A stretch of 52,450 nucleotides of DNA. Source: a virus (lineage: Duplodnaviria > Caudoviricetes). This document shows, one piece after another, positions 51,818 through 52,450 of the stretch (position 1 is its first letter; every line of letters begins with the position of its first letter). Under the pieces are notes generated by a model. The model was not told the origin of the DNA, did no database searches, and saw nothing but the letters and a program-made list of their open reading frames with translations. Location: positions 1 through 52,450 of IMG/VR virus record IMGVR_UViG_3300048930_001392; one strand, given 5' to 3'. The position numbers and the translations under genes were made by a program.

Positions 51818-52450
51818 TCAAAGACCAAATACAGCTTCTAGCTGGCGACCATGGCAGCGCTTGTACTTACCCCCACTCCCGCATAGGCATGGGTCGTGGT
51901 CTCGCAAGCCTGACGTCAAGGACTCTCCAAGAAACCCCTGGGCCAGCAACAACGGATTGATCTCGGCTGCAGGCACGCTGACATGGCCATGCTGGGATAT
52001 CCGCTCACCCTTGTTCATCACGCGAGTGATCGCCACGGAAGCGGCGATGAAATGGCGAATGAGTTGATCGTCACGTAGTGGCATCCGCTTGTTGTCAACG
52101 GTGACGCCACTGTAATGGAGACGCTTGTCCGGCACGAACAGTATCTGGGTCTCGCCGTGTGGTTTGGGCGTGATATCAATCATCTGGCCTTCGGGTGCCA
52201 ACCAGACGGCATGGAACTCCGCCTCTACCATCACATGTGGCCATTCCCAAAGTTGCCAGCCGCATAACATCTGGCCACCTTCGCGTTCGATTTTTGCCTC
52301 GACATTCGGAAAACACTCATTCACTACGGCGTCTGGCTCGGGCTGTACGGCCAGATAGACGGCTTCACCATTGGGAGTCACCTTGTCGATCAACCGCTGA
52401 ATCGAGCGCGATATTTGGGGAGGTGTCGTGTTCAAAGATCGATCCCGCAT
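51818..52450 (-). CDS. SEC-C motif (zinc-binding) protein
   Basis: C-terminal DPCLCGSGGKYKRCHG; N-terminal 'ECFPNV...GWQLWE...EAEFHAVW...DITP'. Confidence 0.8.
   Translation of the reverse strand: MRDRSLNTTPPQISRSIQRLIDKVTPNGEAVYLAVQPEPDAVVNECFPNVEAKIEREGGQMLCGWQLWEWPHVMVEAEFHAVWLAPEGQMIDITPKPHGETQILFVPDKRLHYSGVTVDNKRMPLRDDQLIRHFIAASVAITRVMNKGERISQHGHVSVPAAEINPLLLAQGFLGESLTSGLRDHDPCLCGSGGKYKRCHGRQLEAVFGL

Noticed and set aside
50546-52450. A third dif-integrated element or defence island on the right flank
   Set aside because: No further att core, recombinase or recognisable defence domain within the window; more flanking sequence would be needed.
1-52450. tRNA, rRNA or IS elements
   Set aside because: No cloverleaf, rRNA-like sequence or transposase was recognised by eye.

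Overview
Probably the chromosome terminus of a Xanthomonadaceae-like bacterium (inferred from the flanking GH43 gene and the inovirus gene style). Two unrelated prophages sit in tandem at the XerCD dif site. The 12-bp core ACATAATATGCA occurs three times (163-174, 6543-6554, 50523-50534), and only the right copy is a complete dif (50518-50545). Element 1 is a 6,380-bp filamentous phage (inovirus) with repressor, HUH Rep, gV, coat proteins, pIII, pVI, Zot/pI and a DUF3653/XafT-like gene. Its att core lies inside the repressor gene, so integration swaps the repressor C-terminus and separates the translationally coupled DUF3653 gene from it. Element 2 is an apparently complete 43,980-bp siphovirus-type prophage. 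It has Mu-type regulators (Mor/C-like and GemA-like) but no recognisable transposase. Instead it encodes three dispersed XerC/D-like tyrosine recombinases and a serine recombinase, plus a beta-clamp homologue, RdgC, SSB, two orphan methyltransferases, a portal-MuF fusion, a Hint-domain tail fibre, a separately promoted repeat-fibre operon and a four-copy late-promoter motif. At both inner junctions the XerD-side inner bases are kept while the XerC-side arm is lost. The main candidate novel system is a tailed, multi-recombinase phage that integrates at dif. All family assignments come from motif recognition by eye, not database searches.
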